Source of the DNA: Planctomycetota bacterium
GTDB taxonomy: Bacteria; Planctomycetota; SZUA-567; H5-PLA8
Direction: 5' to 3'
DNA length: 11,218 nucleotides
Assembly: GCA_045863855.1 (NCBI GenBank)
Contig: BTVV01000168.1
Span: 1 to 11,218, forward strand
Made by a program: the position numbers and the translations under genes. Positions 1-7,916 of the stretch are shown here, in pieces. The notes beneath the pieces were generated by a model. The model made no database searches. It saw only the letters and a list, made by a program, of their open reading frames with translations, and was not told where the DNA came from. How positions within the stretch are numbered: position 1 is the first letter of the stretch; the number at the start of each line of letters is the position of its first letter.

Positions 1-684
1 GACGACGTCAACGACCGCGGCCTCTCGCGCAAGCACATCTTCGAATCCATCCACAAGTCGCTCCAGCGCCTCGGCACCGACTACCTCGATATGTATTTCT
101 GCCACCGCTACGACGAAAAGACCCCGCTGGAAGAAACCGTCCGCGCGATGGACGATCTGGTCCGCCAAGGCAAAGTGCTGTACTGGGGAACCAGCGAATG
201 GACCGGCGCGCAGATTCGCGAAGCCGGGAAGATCGCCGAGAAACGCAACGCGTACGGGCCGCAGGTCGAACAGCCGCAGTACAGCATGCTCGTCCGCGCC
301 AAGGTCGAGAAGGACGTCCGCCCGGCCACCGACGCGCAGGGCATGGGGCTGGTCGTCTGGAGTCCCCTCGCTTCGGGGCTGCTCACCGGCAAGTACGACG
401 ACGGCATCCCGCCGGGCAGCCGGCTGGCGCAGATCTCGTGGCTGCGCGACGCGGTGCGTAACGAGGAGAATCTCGCGCGTGTGCGCAAGCTCAAGCCCCT
501 TGCCGAAGAACTGGGCTGCTCCCGCGCGTCGCTGGCGCTGGCTTGGTGCGCCGCGCAGCCCGGCATCAGCAGCGTGATCACCGGCGCTACGCGCATCGAA
601 CAGCTCGACGAAAACCTGAAGGCGCTCGACGTGAAACTCGACGCCGCGATGCTCAAGAAGCTCGACGCCGTCTGTCCGGCGTGA
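1..684 (+). CDS. Aldo/keto reductase, Kv-beta (AKR6-like) type; 5'-truncated by the window edge
   Basis: Frame is open from base 1 (DDVNDRGLSRKHIFESIHKSLQRLGTDYLDMYFCHRYD). AKR motifs: LQRLGTDYLD..FCHRYD, GKVLYWGTSEW, EQPQYSML, WSPLASGLLTGKY, SSVITGATRIEQLDENL. TGA at 682-684. The ATG at 91 is internal. Confidence 0.95.
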   Translation, partial: DDVNDRGLSRKHIFESIHKSLQRLGTDYLDMYFCHRYDEKTPLEETVRAMDDLVRQGKVLYWGTSEWTGAQIREAGKIAEKRNAYGPQVEQPQYSMLVRAKVEKDVRPATDAQGMGLVVWSPLASGLLTGKYDDGIPPGSRLAQISWLRDAVRNEENLARVRKLKPLAEELGCSRASLALAWCAAQPGISSVITGATRIEQLDENLKALDVKLDAAMLKKLDAVCPA

Positions 685-707
685 ATCAAGTCCCCAAGGA
701 AACCCGC

Positions 708-1508
708 GTGCGACGGCTAAGCCAGCTCGACGGACCGTTCAAGGCGCTCGTGACGATGTTCACGATCGTCCTGAGCTGCGGCTTCGGCGTCGCGCATCTG
801 TATTTGCACCACACCGTCGATCGGGCCGACGGCAAGGAAGACCTCGTGCCCACCGCGCGGGACATCGCGCTGCATTACCACGGCGAACCCGGGACCACAC
901 GCTTTCGCAACAAGGTGCTGGGCAGCATGAAGAAGTACTTCAGCGCCGAGGAAGATCCGGGCAAGCTAACGCCCGAAGAAGAAGCCGACCATGCCGCGGT
1001 CCTCGATTGGGACATGCGTGGCGCGCCGGAAGCCGAGTACTGGAATCCCGCGACGAAGGATTACGCCAAGATCGGAAACATCCTGCTCAACCGCGGCTGC
1101 TTCGATTGCCACGCCCCCGATGCCGTCGGCAAGGGCTCCAAGCCCAAGTCGCCGCTCGACACCTATGCGGGCGTCAAGAAATTCGCAACCGAGAATACCG
1201 GCATGAGTACCGGAGAACTGCTGATGCTCAGCCACATTCACCTGCTCGGGATGGGCCTGATGTTCCTGGGCCTGGGCTTCGCGGTGGCGCTGACCAGCTT
1301 CTCCGCGCGCCTGCGCGCCGGCGTGATCTGCGCGGGCTTCGCTTCGGTGTTGCTCGATATCGGCGGCTGGTGGGCGGTGAAGTTCGGCGGCGCGAACTGG
1401 ACTGGGCTGGTGCTCGCCGGCGGCCTGTTGATGGGCGCGGCCTTCGCGCTCGGCGCGCTGATGGCGCTGCACGAATGCTGGCTGCGCAAGCCGCCCCCGG
1501 AAGCGTAG
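708..1508 (+). CDS. Integral membrane protein with one CxxCH heme-c motif (putative monoheme membrane cytochrome)
   Basis: GTG at 708 with AAGGA at 696-700; alternative GTG at 681 overlaps the AKR stop (GTGA). One N-terminal TM (ALVTMFTIVLSCGFGVAHLYL), a soluble domain with CFDCH (1098-1112), then SHIHLLGM and three C-terminal hydrophobic helices. The part of the 543 ORF upstream of 681 overlaps the AKR and is not considered real. Confidence 0.8.
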   Translation: MRRLSQLDGPFKALVTMFTIVLSCGFGVAHLYLHHTVDRADGKEDLVPTARDIALHYHGEPGTTRFRNKVLGSMKKYFSAEEDPGKLTPEEEADHAAVLDWDMRGAPEAEYWNPATKDYAKIGNILLNRGCFDCHAPDAVGKGSKPKSPLDTYAGVKKFATENTGMSTGELLMLSHIHLLGMGLMFLGLGFAVALTSFSARLRAGVICAGFASVLLDIGGWWAVKFGGANWTGLVLAGGLLMGAAFALGALMALHECWLRKPPPEA

Positions 1509-1553
1509 CCGGACCCGCCCCGCCTTGCCCCGATTGCTCGTATCGGAATGGGT

Positions 1554-3437
1554 TTACGGCAAGCCCAGCTTGCGCCTGGCGGCGGCGTTCGCGTAGACCC
1601 GCCGGAAGCCGTACTCTTCGGCAAGCGGCGCACCCAGGATCTCCACGCCCCACTCCGCGCGCTTCAAGATCAGCTCGCGCCGCCGTTCGGCTTCCGGATC
1701 CATCACATACGCCAGCGGCCGCTGCTCTGGCGCATCCCAATCGCGGCGCATCGGATCGGTCACGAAAACCACCGCCTCCTCGGACGTCCAGCGCGCGAGG
1801 AGTTCGTCGCGCAGCATCCCGTAGTGCCGCGGCAAATTCGCGAAGACCGGCTGCGGGCGGCGCGGATCGTCGAGCATCACGCGCACCGTACGCGGGCGGC
1901 CTTGTGCGTCGGCGCCCAGATAGAACGAGAGCCCCCCCGCCGCGCCCAGTTCGTAGCTGCCCTCGAACACCCACAGCGTCCCGGCGCCCAGCTTGGCGTC
2001 CAACTCCGCGACCAGCCGCTTGCTGCTGCGCACGTCCTGGTACGCCGCGAAGCCGTCGGCCGCGCACACGAAGCCCAGGCCCATGCCGAGAAACAGGACC
2101 AGCACCGCCGCACGCGGGTGTCCGCCCCACAGCGCCGCGCCGCCGGCCAGGAACGCCGCGCCCAGCAGCCACGCCATCGACGGGATCAGCGCCAGCGCCT
2201 CCGGCGCGCGCGCCATATCGGGAATCCGTGCAACCAGCGGCGTGACCCAGAAGCCCGCGCTGAAGATCGCCGCTCCGGTCAGCGCCAACAGGGCTCCTGG
2301 AATTTGGCGCTCCAGCCGTTCGGCGCGCGCGTCGACGAAGCGCATCCACCATCCGGCCGTCAGCAGCACGAAGGCCGGCGCCGTGGGCAGGCAGTAGTAC
2401 ACCAGCCGTGACGGCACGGGCAGAAAGAAGAACACCGGCCCCAGCGCGCCAAACGCGAGCAGCAACACCGCGTCGCGGCGTTCGCGATCGGCCCGGTCGT
2501 CGCCTTCTTCTTGCTCGTGGTCTTCGGCCTGCTTCGCGCCGTTCCAGGCGAAGCGCGCGACCCACGGCGCCAGAAGCGTCCACGGCGCACACCAGATCGC
2601 CGTCACCGCCAGATAACCGGCCACGCTCACCTGCGAGACCTTGTAGTCCGGCGGCCAGCGCTTGTCCTGCAAGCGGTCCAGCAGTTCGTTCACGAAGACG
2701 TGGTAGACGAAGCCGGGATTGCTTTGCTCGACGAACCAGCCCCAGAGCACCACCGGCGCGAGCATCAGCGGCACGCCCCACGTCCAGCCGCAGCGCTTGA
2801 AGGAATCCCAACGCCCGCGCGCGGCGCACCAGCCCAGCCAGGCCAGGCCCACGAAGAGCGAACCCATCGGTCCTTTGGCGAGCCACGTCAGCGCCAGCAG
2901 CGCCCAGAAGCAGACCCAATGCTTGCGGGACTCCGGTTGGCACATCGCCCGCCACAGCGCGTACAGCGCGGCGAGGATCAAAGTCGATAGCAGGACGTCG
3001 ATCAGGAGTTGGTGCGTGAACATGAACCAGCCGGTGCAGACGGCCAGCATCGCCGCGGCCAGCGGGCCGGCCTGCGCGCCCCACAGCCGGCGCGCCCAAT
3101 GCCACGCCATCACCAGCCCCAGCCAGCCGAAGAACGCCAGCGGCAAACGCGCCGCGCCTTCGCCGATGCCCAGCACGCGGTAGCTCAGCGCGATCGACCA
3201 GTACACCAGCGGCGGCTTGTTCAGGTAGGGGCTGCCGTTCAGGTGCGGCGTCACGTAATCGCCGGTCAGCGCCATCTCGCGCGCGATCCCCGCGAAATGG
3301 CCCTCGTGCGGCTCGTAGAGCCCGTACCGCCCGAGTCCGAAGGCGAGCACCACGAAACACGCCGCCAGCGTAAGCGCATCGGCGAACGAGAAGCGCGCGC
3401 CTGGGCGCGCGGATGTTTCGGCGGAAACCGCGGACAT
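1554..3437 (-). CDS. ArnT/PMT-like (GT-C fold, GT83/GT39-type) lipid-linked-sugar glycosyltransferase
   Basis: ATG at 3437 (MSAVSAET...). ArnT-type N-terminal motifs LYEPHEGHFAGIAREMALTGDYVTPHLNGSPYLNKPPLVYW, AARLP, DVLL, LAKGP; many TM segments and a C-terminal soluble domain. Donor and acceptor unknown. Confidence 0.9.
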   Translation of the reverse strand: MSAVSAETSARPGARFSFADALTLAACFVVLAFGLGRYGLYEPHEGHFAGIAREMALTGDYVTPHLNGSPYLNKPPLVYWSIALSYRVLGIGEGAARLPLAFFGWLGLVMAWHWARRLWGAQAGPLAAAMLAVCTGWFMFTHQLLIDVLLSTLILAALYALWRAMCQPESRKHWVCFWALLALTWLAKGPMGSLFVGLAWLGWCAARGRWDSFKRCGWTWGVPLMLAPVVLWGWFVEQSNPGFVYHVFVNELLDRLQDKRWPPDYKVSQVSVAGYLAVTAIWCAPWTLLAPWVARFAWNGAKQAEDHEQEEGDDRADRERRDAVLLLAFGALGPVFFFLPVPSRLVYYCLPTAPAFVLLTAGWWMRFVDARAERLERQIPGALLALTGAAIFSAGFWVTPLVARIPDMARAPEALALIPSMAWLLGAAFLAGGAALWGGHPRAAVLVLFLGMGLGFVCAADGFAAYQDVRSSKRLVAELDAKLGAGTLWVFEGSYELGAAGGLSFYLGADAQGRPRTVRVMLDDPRRPQPVFANLPRHYGMLRDELLARWTSEEAVVFVTDPMRRDWDAPEQRPLAYVMDPEAERRRELILKRAEWGVEILGAPLAEEYGFRRVYANAAARRKLGLP

Positions 3438-3487
3438 GGCGGGTAAAGCTACTCGTCTTCGGGGCTCCGGCGAGTCGTAAAACTCGC

Positions 3488-3516
3488 TTGGGCGCAACCC
3501 GCGCGCGCGTTAGGGT
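3488..3516 (+). promoter_or_regulatory. Possible sigma70-type promoter for the sulfatase
   Basis: TTGGGC (3488-3493), 17 bp spacer, TAGGGT (3511-3516), in the divergent intergenic gap 34 bp before the ATG at 3551. Partial consensus match only. Confidence 0.3.
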
Positions 3517-3550
3517 GGCCTTGAATTCCACTGCATGCCGGAGACCGCCC

Positions 3551-5020
3551 ATGCCCGCGAAGCGCCCGCATATCCTGCTCATCACCACCGACCAGCAACG
3601 CGGCGACTGCTTGGGTCTCGAAGGGCATCCGGTCCTCTCCACGCCCAACCTCGACGAACTGGGCGGGACCGGCGCGCACTTCCGTCACGGCTACACGGAA
3701 GTCCCGAGCTGCATTCCCGCGCGGCGGATCCTGATGAGCGGGCAGAATCAGGTCAGCAACGGGATGGTGGGCATGACCAACGATCCAAGCTGGAACCCGC
3801 CGCACACGCTGGCCGGCGAGCTCGCGCAAGCCGGTTACCAGACGCACCTGATCGGCAAGCTCCACCTGCAGCCCAACCGGCGGCGCTTCGGCTTCCAGAG
3901 TTCCGCGTGGTCCGATGCGCCCCACCCCATGCACCACCACGAGGGGCTCGACGATTACCAGCGCTTCCTCGTCCGGCACGGCGTCACGCAGTGGGATAAT
4001 TCGGCCATGCACGGCGTCGATCCCAACGGCTGGGTCGGACGGCCCTCGCACCTCGACGAACGCCTAAGCTTCACCAACTGGTGCGCCGACGAGGCCGTGG
4101 CATTCCTCGAGCGCCGCGATCCCACCGTGCCGTTCTTCCTTAACGTGAGCTTCCACGCGCCGCATCCGCCGCTCTGCCCGCCCGCGTTTTACTACGACCG
4201 CTACATGCAACTCGATCTGCCTCCGGCCGCCGTGGGCGATTGGGTCGACGCGGCCGGCACGCCGGCCACCGGCCCGGGCGGCGCGAAGGTCGACGCCTAC
4301 CGCGTGCGCATGCAGCCCGATGCCCTCAAGCGCGCGCGCGCCGCCTACTACGGGCTGATTAACCACGTGGACGATCAGATCGGGCGCTTGGTCGAAGCGC
4401 TCCAGCGTATGGGCCTCTGGAACGATTGCTTCACGCTCTTCACCTCCGACCACGGCGAGATGCTGGGCGATCACCACATGTTCCGCAAAACCTTCGCCTA
4501 CGAAGCCTCGGCGCGCGTACCGTTCCTCGTCAAAGCCCCGCGCTGGATGGATTGCCGGGACGGCGCGAAGCCCGCTCAAGTCGTCGGCCTGCAGGACGTC
4601 ATGCCCACGCTCCTCGACGCCGCCGGTACCACCGTTCCCGAAAGCTGCGACGGGCGCAGCGTCCTCCCGCTCCTGCGCGGCGAAACTCCCGCTTGGCGCG
4701 AGTACCTCCACGGCGAGCACGCGCCGTGCTACCACCCCACCAACGCGATGCAGTACCTCACCGACGGGCGCGAGAAGTTCATCTGGTTCACGCAGACCGG
4801 CGTGGAACAGTTCTTCGACTTGAGCCAGGACCCGAACGAGTGCCGCGACCTGATCCGCTCCGAAGGGTATCAGGACCGCGTGAGCGTGTGGCGCAAGCGC
4901 ATGATCGAACAACTCAAGAACCGCCCCGAAGGCTTCAGCGACGGCGCGAAGCTGATCGCGGGAAAAAAGCACACCAACCTGATGCCGGATTACGCGGATC
5001 GGAACAAAGGTAGCGCGTGA
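3551..5020 (+). CDS. Formylglycine-dependent (S1, Cys-type) sulfatase, predicted cytoplasmic
   Basis: ATG at 3551 with GGAG at 3540-3543. PHILLITTDQQR, CIPAR (CxPxR, 3710-3724), IGKLH, PFFLNVSFHAPHPP, FTSDHGEMLGDH, K..YE...RVP, FFDLSQDPNE. No signal peptide. Confidence 0.96.
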   Translation: MPAKRPHILLITTDQQRGDCLGLEGHPVLSTPNLDELGGTGAHFRHGYTEVPSCIPARRILMSGQNQVSNGMVGMTNDPSWNPPHTLAGELAQAGYQTHLIGKLHLQPNRRRFGFQSSAWSDAPHPMHHHEGLDDYQRFLVRHGVTQWDNSAMHGVDPNGWVGRPSHLDERLSFTNWCADEAVAFLERRDPTVPFFLNVSFHAPHPPLCPPAFYYDRYMQLDLPPAAVGDWVDAAGTPATGPGGAKVDAYRVRMQPDALKRARAAYYGLINHVDDQIGRLVEALQRMGLWNDCFTLFTSDHGEMLGDHHMFRKTFAYEASARVPFLVKAPRWMDCRDGAKPAQVVGLQDVMPTLLDAAGTTVPESCDGRSVLPLLRGETPAWREYLHGEHAPCYHPTNAMQYLTDGREKFIWFTQTGVEQFFDLSQDPNECRDLIRSEGYQDRVSVWRKRMIEQLKNRPEGFSDGAKLIAGKKHTNLMPDYADRNKGSA

Positions 5021-5032
5021 TGTTTGTGCGCC

Positions 5033-6196
5033 TCAGAACCCCTTCGGCACGAAGACCACGTCGCCGGGTTCCAGTTCGATATCGCCTTCCAGGCTGCCGG
5101 CCTTCTCGGTCAGCTTGTCCACGTCGATCAGCGTCACGCCGGACCGGCGCACGACACGGACGTCGGAGCGCTTGGCGAACTTCTCGAAGCCCTTGGCCAG
5201 CGCCAGCGCACGCGTCACGGTGAGCTTCCCGCCCGCCGGCGGATAGAAGACGCCGCCTTCCTGCACGTCGCCCAGCACATAGACGCCTTCCGACTGCGGC
5301 ACCAGCAGCGTATCGCCCGGCGCCATCGTCACGTCGTCTTCGGGCCGAACCGAGGCCAGCAACTTGAACAAGTCGACCGAAACCACCTCCGGCTTTTCGC
5401 CGGACACCACGCGGCGGATCACGCGCGCTTCGGCGGCGCGACCGCCCGGCGCGAGCCCCTCCGCCATCGCCAGCGCCTGGCTGGCCGTCAGCGTTCCCGA
5501 AGGCCTGTCCTGCCGGTAGATGTTGCGTACGAAGTAGCCTGGCTTCTTGACGCCGCCGATCACGAAGATGCCCATCTCCTCGGGCACGAAAACCACATCG
5601 CCGCTTTGCAGCGCGAGGTCTTCTTCGACGTGCCCGCCGGCGGCGATGCGCTCCAGGTTGACGCGAAGTTGCTGCGCGGGGCCCTCGCGCGGCTGCCGCG
5701 TGACGCGGATCTCCGTCGCCTGAGCCTCGGGGCGCAGTCCGCCCGTCAGCGCCAGCGATTGGCTCACCGTCAGCGGCCGGTCGTTCGGCAGATCGACGGC
5801 CTTGGGCAGATAGACTGCGCCGTGCACGTACGCTTGCCGCTGCGCGTAAGACTTTACCGCCAAGGTGACGTTCGCTTCCAGGAGGTGCGCTTTCTCTTTC
5901 AAACCCTTGGCGATCTCTTGAGTTAGCGTGTCGAGGCTGCGGCCGGCCGTCTCCACCGCGCCCAGTAGCGGGACGCGCAAGACGCCGCGCGGCGAGACGG
6001 TCATCTCGACGTTCAGATCGGGCTGGCGGTAGACCCAAAGCGTAAGCACGTCGCCGGGCTGCACGCGGTACTCGTCGCGGCCGGCGGCCGGTGCGGCTTC
6101 TTCACCGGCATGGGAAGTTGCAGTCGCGCATAGGGTTAGACATACGAAGAGATGCAGGAGGCGGAACAGGGGCGCGGGGGTTCGCGAAGCGCGCAT
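5033..6196 (-). CDS. Polysaccharide export protein (OPX/Wza-like): Poly_export domain plus three SLBB domains
   Basis: Signal peptide ending ..ATSHA. YRVQPGDVLTLWV..TVSPRGVLRVPLLGAVETAGRSLDTL is Poly_export/PES-like. Three SLBB repeats begin AYVHGAV, IFVIGGVKKPG and VYVLGDVQEGG and end SGDVVFVP, PGDTLLVP and PGDVVFVP. Confidence 0.92.
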   Translation of the reverse strand: MRASRTPAPLFRLLHLFVCLTLCATATSHAGEEAAPAAGRDEYRVQPGDVLTLWVYRQPDLNVEMTVSPRGVLRVPLLGAVETAGRSLDTLTQEIAKGLKEKAHLLEANVTLAVKSYAQRQAYVHGAVYLPKAVDLPNDRPLTVSQSLALTGGLRPEAQATEIRVTRQPREGPAQQLRVNLERIAAGGHVEEDLALQSGDVVFVPEEMGIFVIGGVKKPGYFVRNIYRQDRPSGTLTASQALAMAEGLAPGGRAAEARVIRRVVSGEKPEVVSVDLFKLLASVRPEDDVTMAPGDTLLVPQSEGVYVLGDVQEGGVFYPPAGGKLTVTRALALAKGFEKFAKRSDVRVVRRSGVTLIDVDKLTEKAGSLEGDIELEPGDVVFVPKGF

Positions 6197-6203
6197 CGCG
6201 AGA

Positions 6204-6551
6204 CTACATCTTGGCCTTTTCGACCACGGCGGCGGCGGCTTCCTGAATCTCGACGTTCAGGATGCCCATATTGGCTTCGCGTTGCAGCAGCACCAGCAAG
6301 AGCGCCGGACCGGCATCGACGATGGCCAGCTTGTTCTCGTTACCCGTCACCATAAACTTCTTGAGCCGCCCGACTTGGATGCGCTTGATCGCCGCTTCCA
6401 GCGCCGCAAGGATCGACGACGCCACCGCGCCGATGCTGTTCTCGTCCACGTCGACCCCAAAGTCGCTCGCCGCCACGATCCCATCCTTGTTGACGATCAT
6501 GCAGCCGCGCACGCCGGAGACTTTATTCAGCTTCGCGAGGACACTTTGCAT
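6204..6551 (-). CDS. Roadblock/LC7 domain protein (MglB/MglC-like)
   Basis: 115 aa with the Roadblock pattern LAKLNKVSGVRGCMIVNKDGIVAAS...IGAVAS...G.L...V.G...EANMGIL. GGAAGG RBS upstream on the minus strand. Confidence 0.9.
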   Translation of the reverse strand: MQSVLAKLNKVSGVRGCMIVNKDGIVAASDFGVDVDENSIGAVASSILAALEAAIKRIQVGRLKKFMVTGNENKLAIVDAGPALLLVLLQREANMGILNVEIQEAAAAVVEKAKM

Positions 6552-6568
6552 CGCATCGCCTTCCCGGA

Positions 6569-7699
6569 TCAGGAGTTCTGCGACTGGGCGACCTGCGAGG
6601 CGAAGTCACGAATCGCCTTCTCCAGGAGTCCCATCTTAACGTCGTGCTTGGCGAAGACCGCCAGGATCATGTCGCCGAACTGGACGATGTGAATGTTGCC
6701 CATCTCGCCTTCGATCATGCCTTCCTCGAAGGTGCCAACGCCCAGCTGAATGCTGTTGTCGCTCGAAGTCCGGTAGACGTTCGTAATCAGAGCGCCGGCA
6801 AGACCTTCGTCCAGCGTCGAGTCGAGGTCGGCGGCGACGACGAGCCCGTATTGGTCGACGAGCAGCGCGCCGGTCACGCCGGCGACTTGGCGGAGGTTCT
6901 GGATGCCTTCGTTGAGCACGCGGTCGCGGGCGCCGGCGGTGGAGCGCGCCTGCTGATCGGCCAAGCGGCCCACGATCTTGGTTCGGCTGTTACTCCCTGC
7001 GGGCGTCGGAACTCCTTTGCCGCGTTGGTTTTCCTTGAAGTCCTGCGTGTCGGCGGTCGCGGCCACTTCGCCGGCCGTCTCGCGGGCCTTGCGCAGTAAC
7101 TCCAAAATCGCTTCGTCGCCCGGGGCGAAGTAAAGGATGTCTTCGAGGCGGCGGGCCGCGTCGGCCGGACGGCCCAACTGCATGTACACCTGAGCCAACA
7201 GCTTCAGGGCCATGTAGTTGTACTTGTCCAGCTCGACCGACTTCTCGAGGTTCTGTTGCGCTTCTTCCCACTTCTGCTTCTCGATGTAGATCTGCCCAAG
7301 CACCAGATACGTCCCACCGTAGCGCGGGAAGGCTTTGATCCCGGCCTGGCAGATCTGGATGCACTGATCGATCTCGCTGTCGGCCTTGTACAGTTCGGCT
7401 AACCGCGCGTACAGAATCGGGTTGGGATGAGTCTGGATCTTCTCTTTCAGGCGCCGCTTTTCGCTCTCGCGCTCGACCTTCTCGACCTCCGCCTTGCGGC
7501 GGCCGATCTCGGGCGAACTGGGGAAGCGCGCCACGCCGAGCTTCAGGATCTGGGCGGCGCGCTGAGGATTATCGGCTTCCTCGTACGCTTCGGCCAGCTC
7601 CAGGTAAACCTGAGGCGTGGGGCGGCCTTGGAGCTGTGCCTCAAGCCCCTTAATCTTGCTCGTACTACGCCAGTTCTTGAAGAAGTCGAAGAGTGCCAT
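6569..7699 (-). CDS. TPR-repeat protein fused to a C-terminal Roadblock/LC7 domain
   Basis: ATG at 7699 (GAGGAG at 7720-7715, long 15 nt spacing; alternative GTG at 7732). TPR-like helices YLELAEAY, YARLAELY, YLVLGQIY..EEAQQNLEKSVELD, ALKLLAQVY..DAARRLEDIL; a polar linker; Roadblock domain about 6916-6572 (LRQVAGVTGALLVDQYGLVVAA...KMGLL). Confidence 0.9.
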   Translation of the reverse strand: MALFDFFKNWRSTSKIKGLEAQLQGRPTPQVYLELAEAYEEADNPQRAAQILKLGVARFPSSPEIGRRKAEVEKVERESEKRRLKEKIQTHPNPILYARLAELYKADSEIDQCIQICQAGIKAFPRYGGTYLVLGQIYIEKQKWEEAQQNLEKSVELDKYNYMALKLLAQVYMQLGRPADAARRLEDILYFAPGDEAILELLRKARETAGEVAATADTQDFKENQRGKGVPTPAGSNSRTKIVGRLADQQARSTAGARDRVLNEGIQNLRQVAGVTGALLVDQYGLVVAADLDSTLDEGLAGALITNVYRTSSDNSIQLGVGTFEEGMIEGEMGNIHIVQFGDMILAVFAKHDVKMGLLEKAIRDFASQVAQSQNS

Positions 7700-7827
7700 G
7701 AAGTTATGCGTGCGCTCCTCGTCCGGTCTCACGCTCGGGGCGCCACCGGGGCTCGTCGGTTAACATCCGCCGAGCACCCCGACCCAGGGCGCACAACCAT
7801 AGATAAGAGCCTACCTTGCGAGCACTG

Positions 7828-7857
7828 AGTCTTAGGGTCATTTCCGCATTCTGTCAA
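7828..7857 (-). promoter_or_regulatory. Candidate sigma70 promoter for the TPR-Roadblock/Roadblock/OPX operon
   Basis: Minus strand has perfect TTGACA (7857-7852), a 17 bp spacer, then TAAGAC(T). The -10 match is imperfect. Confidence 0.4.
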
Positions 7858-7916
7858 GCCCTTTGCCTGCGATTTCACCCAAAATGGAAGTCCGATTAGC
7901 ACTTAGAAGAATTACA

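Noticed and set aside
1509..1553. Bidirectional terminator between the convergent genes
   Set aside because: Only a weak 5-bp stem (CCGAT/ATCGG) and no U-tract on either strand.
3413..3550. Upstream extensions of the sulfatase (from 3413) and the glycosyltransferase (from 3497)
   Set aside because: They would make the divergent genes overlap. ATG 3551 (with RBS) and ATG 3437 fit the family N-termini better.
1228..3648. 806-aa minus-strand ORF and other long overlapping ORFs (1007-2245 +, 1548-2411 +)
   Set aside because: R/A/G/P-rich or antisense shadow frames of the glycosyltransferase, expected in high-GC DNA; no motifs.
3449..6038. Alternative ORFs over the sulfatase and OPX genes (3449-4051 -, 4064-4972 -, 4935-6038 -, 5024-5926 +)
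   Set aside because: They overlap well-supported genes and have no independent domain signatures.
6204..6551. Assigning the symbol mglB or mglC
   Set aside because: The fold family is clear, but there is no adjacent mglA and orthology needs a phylogeny.
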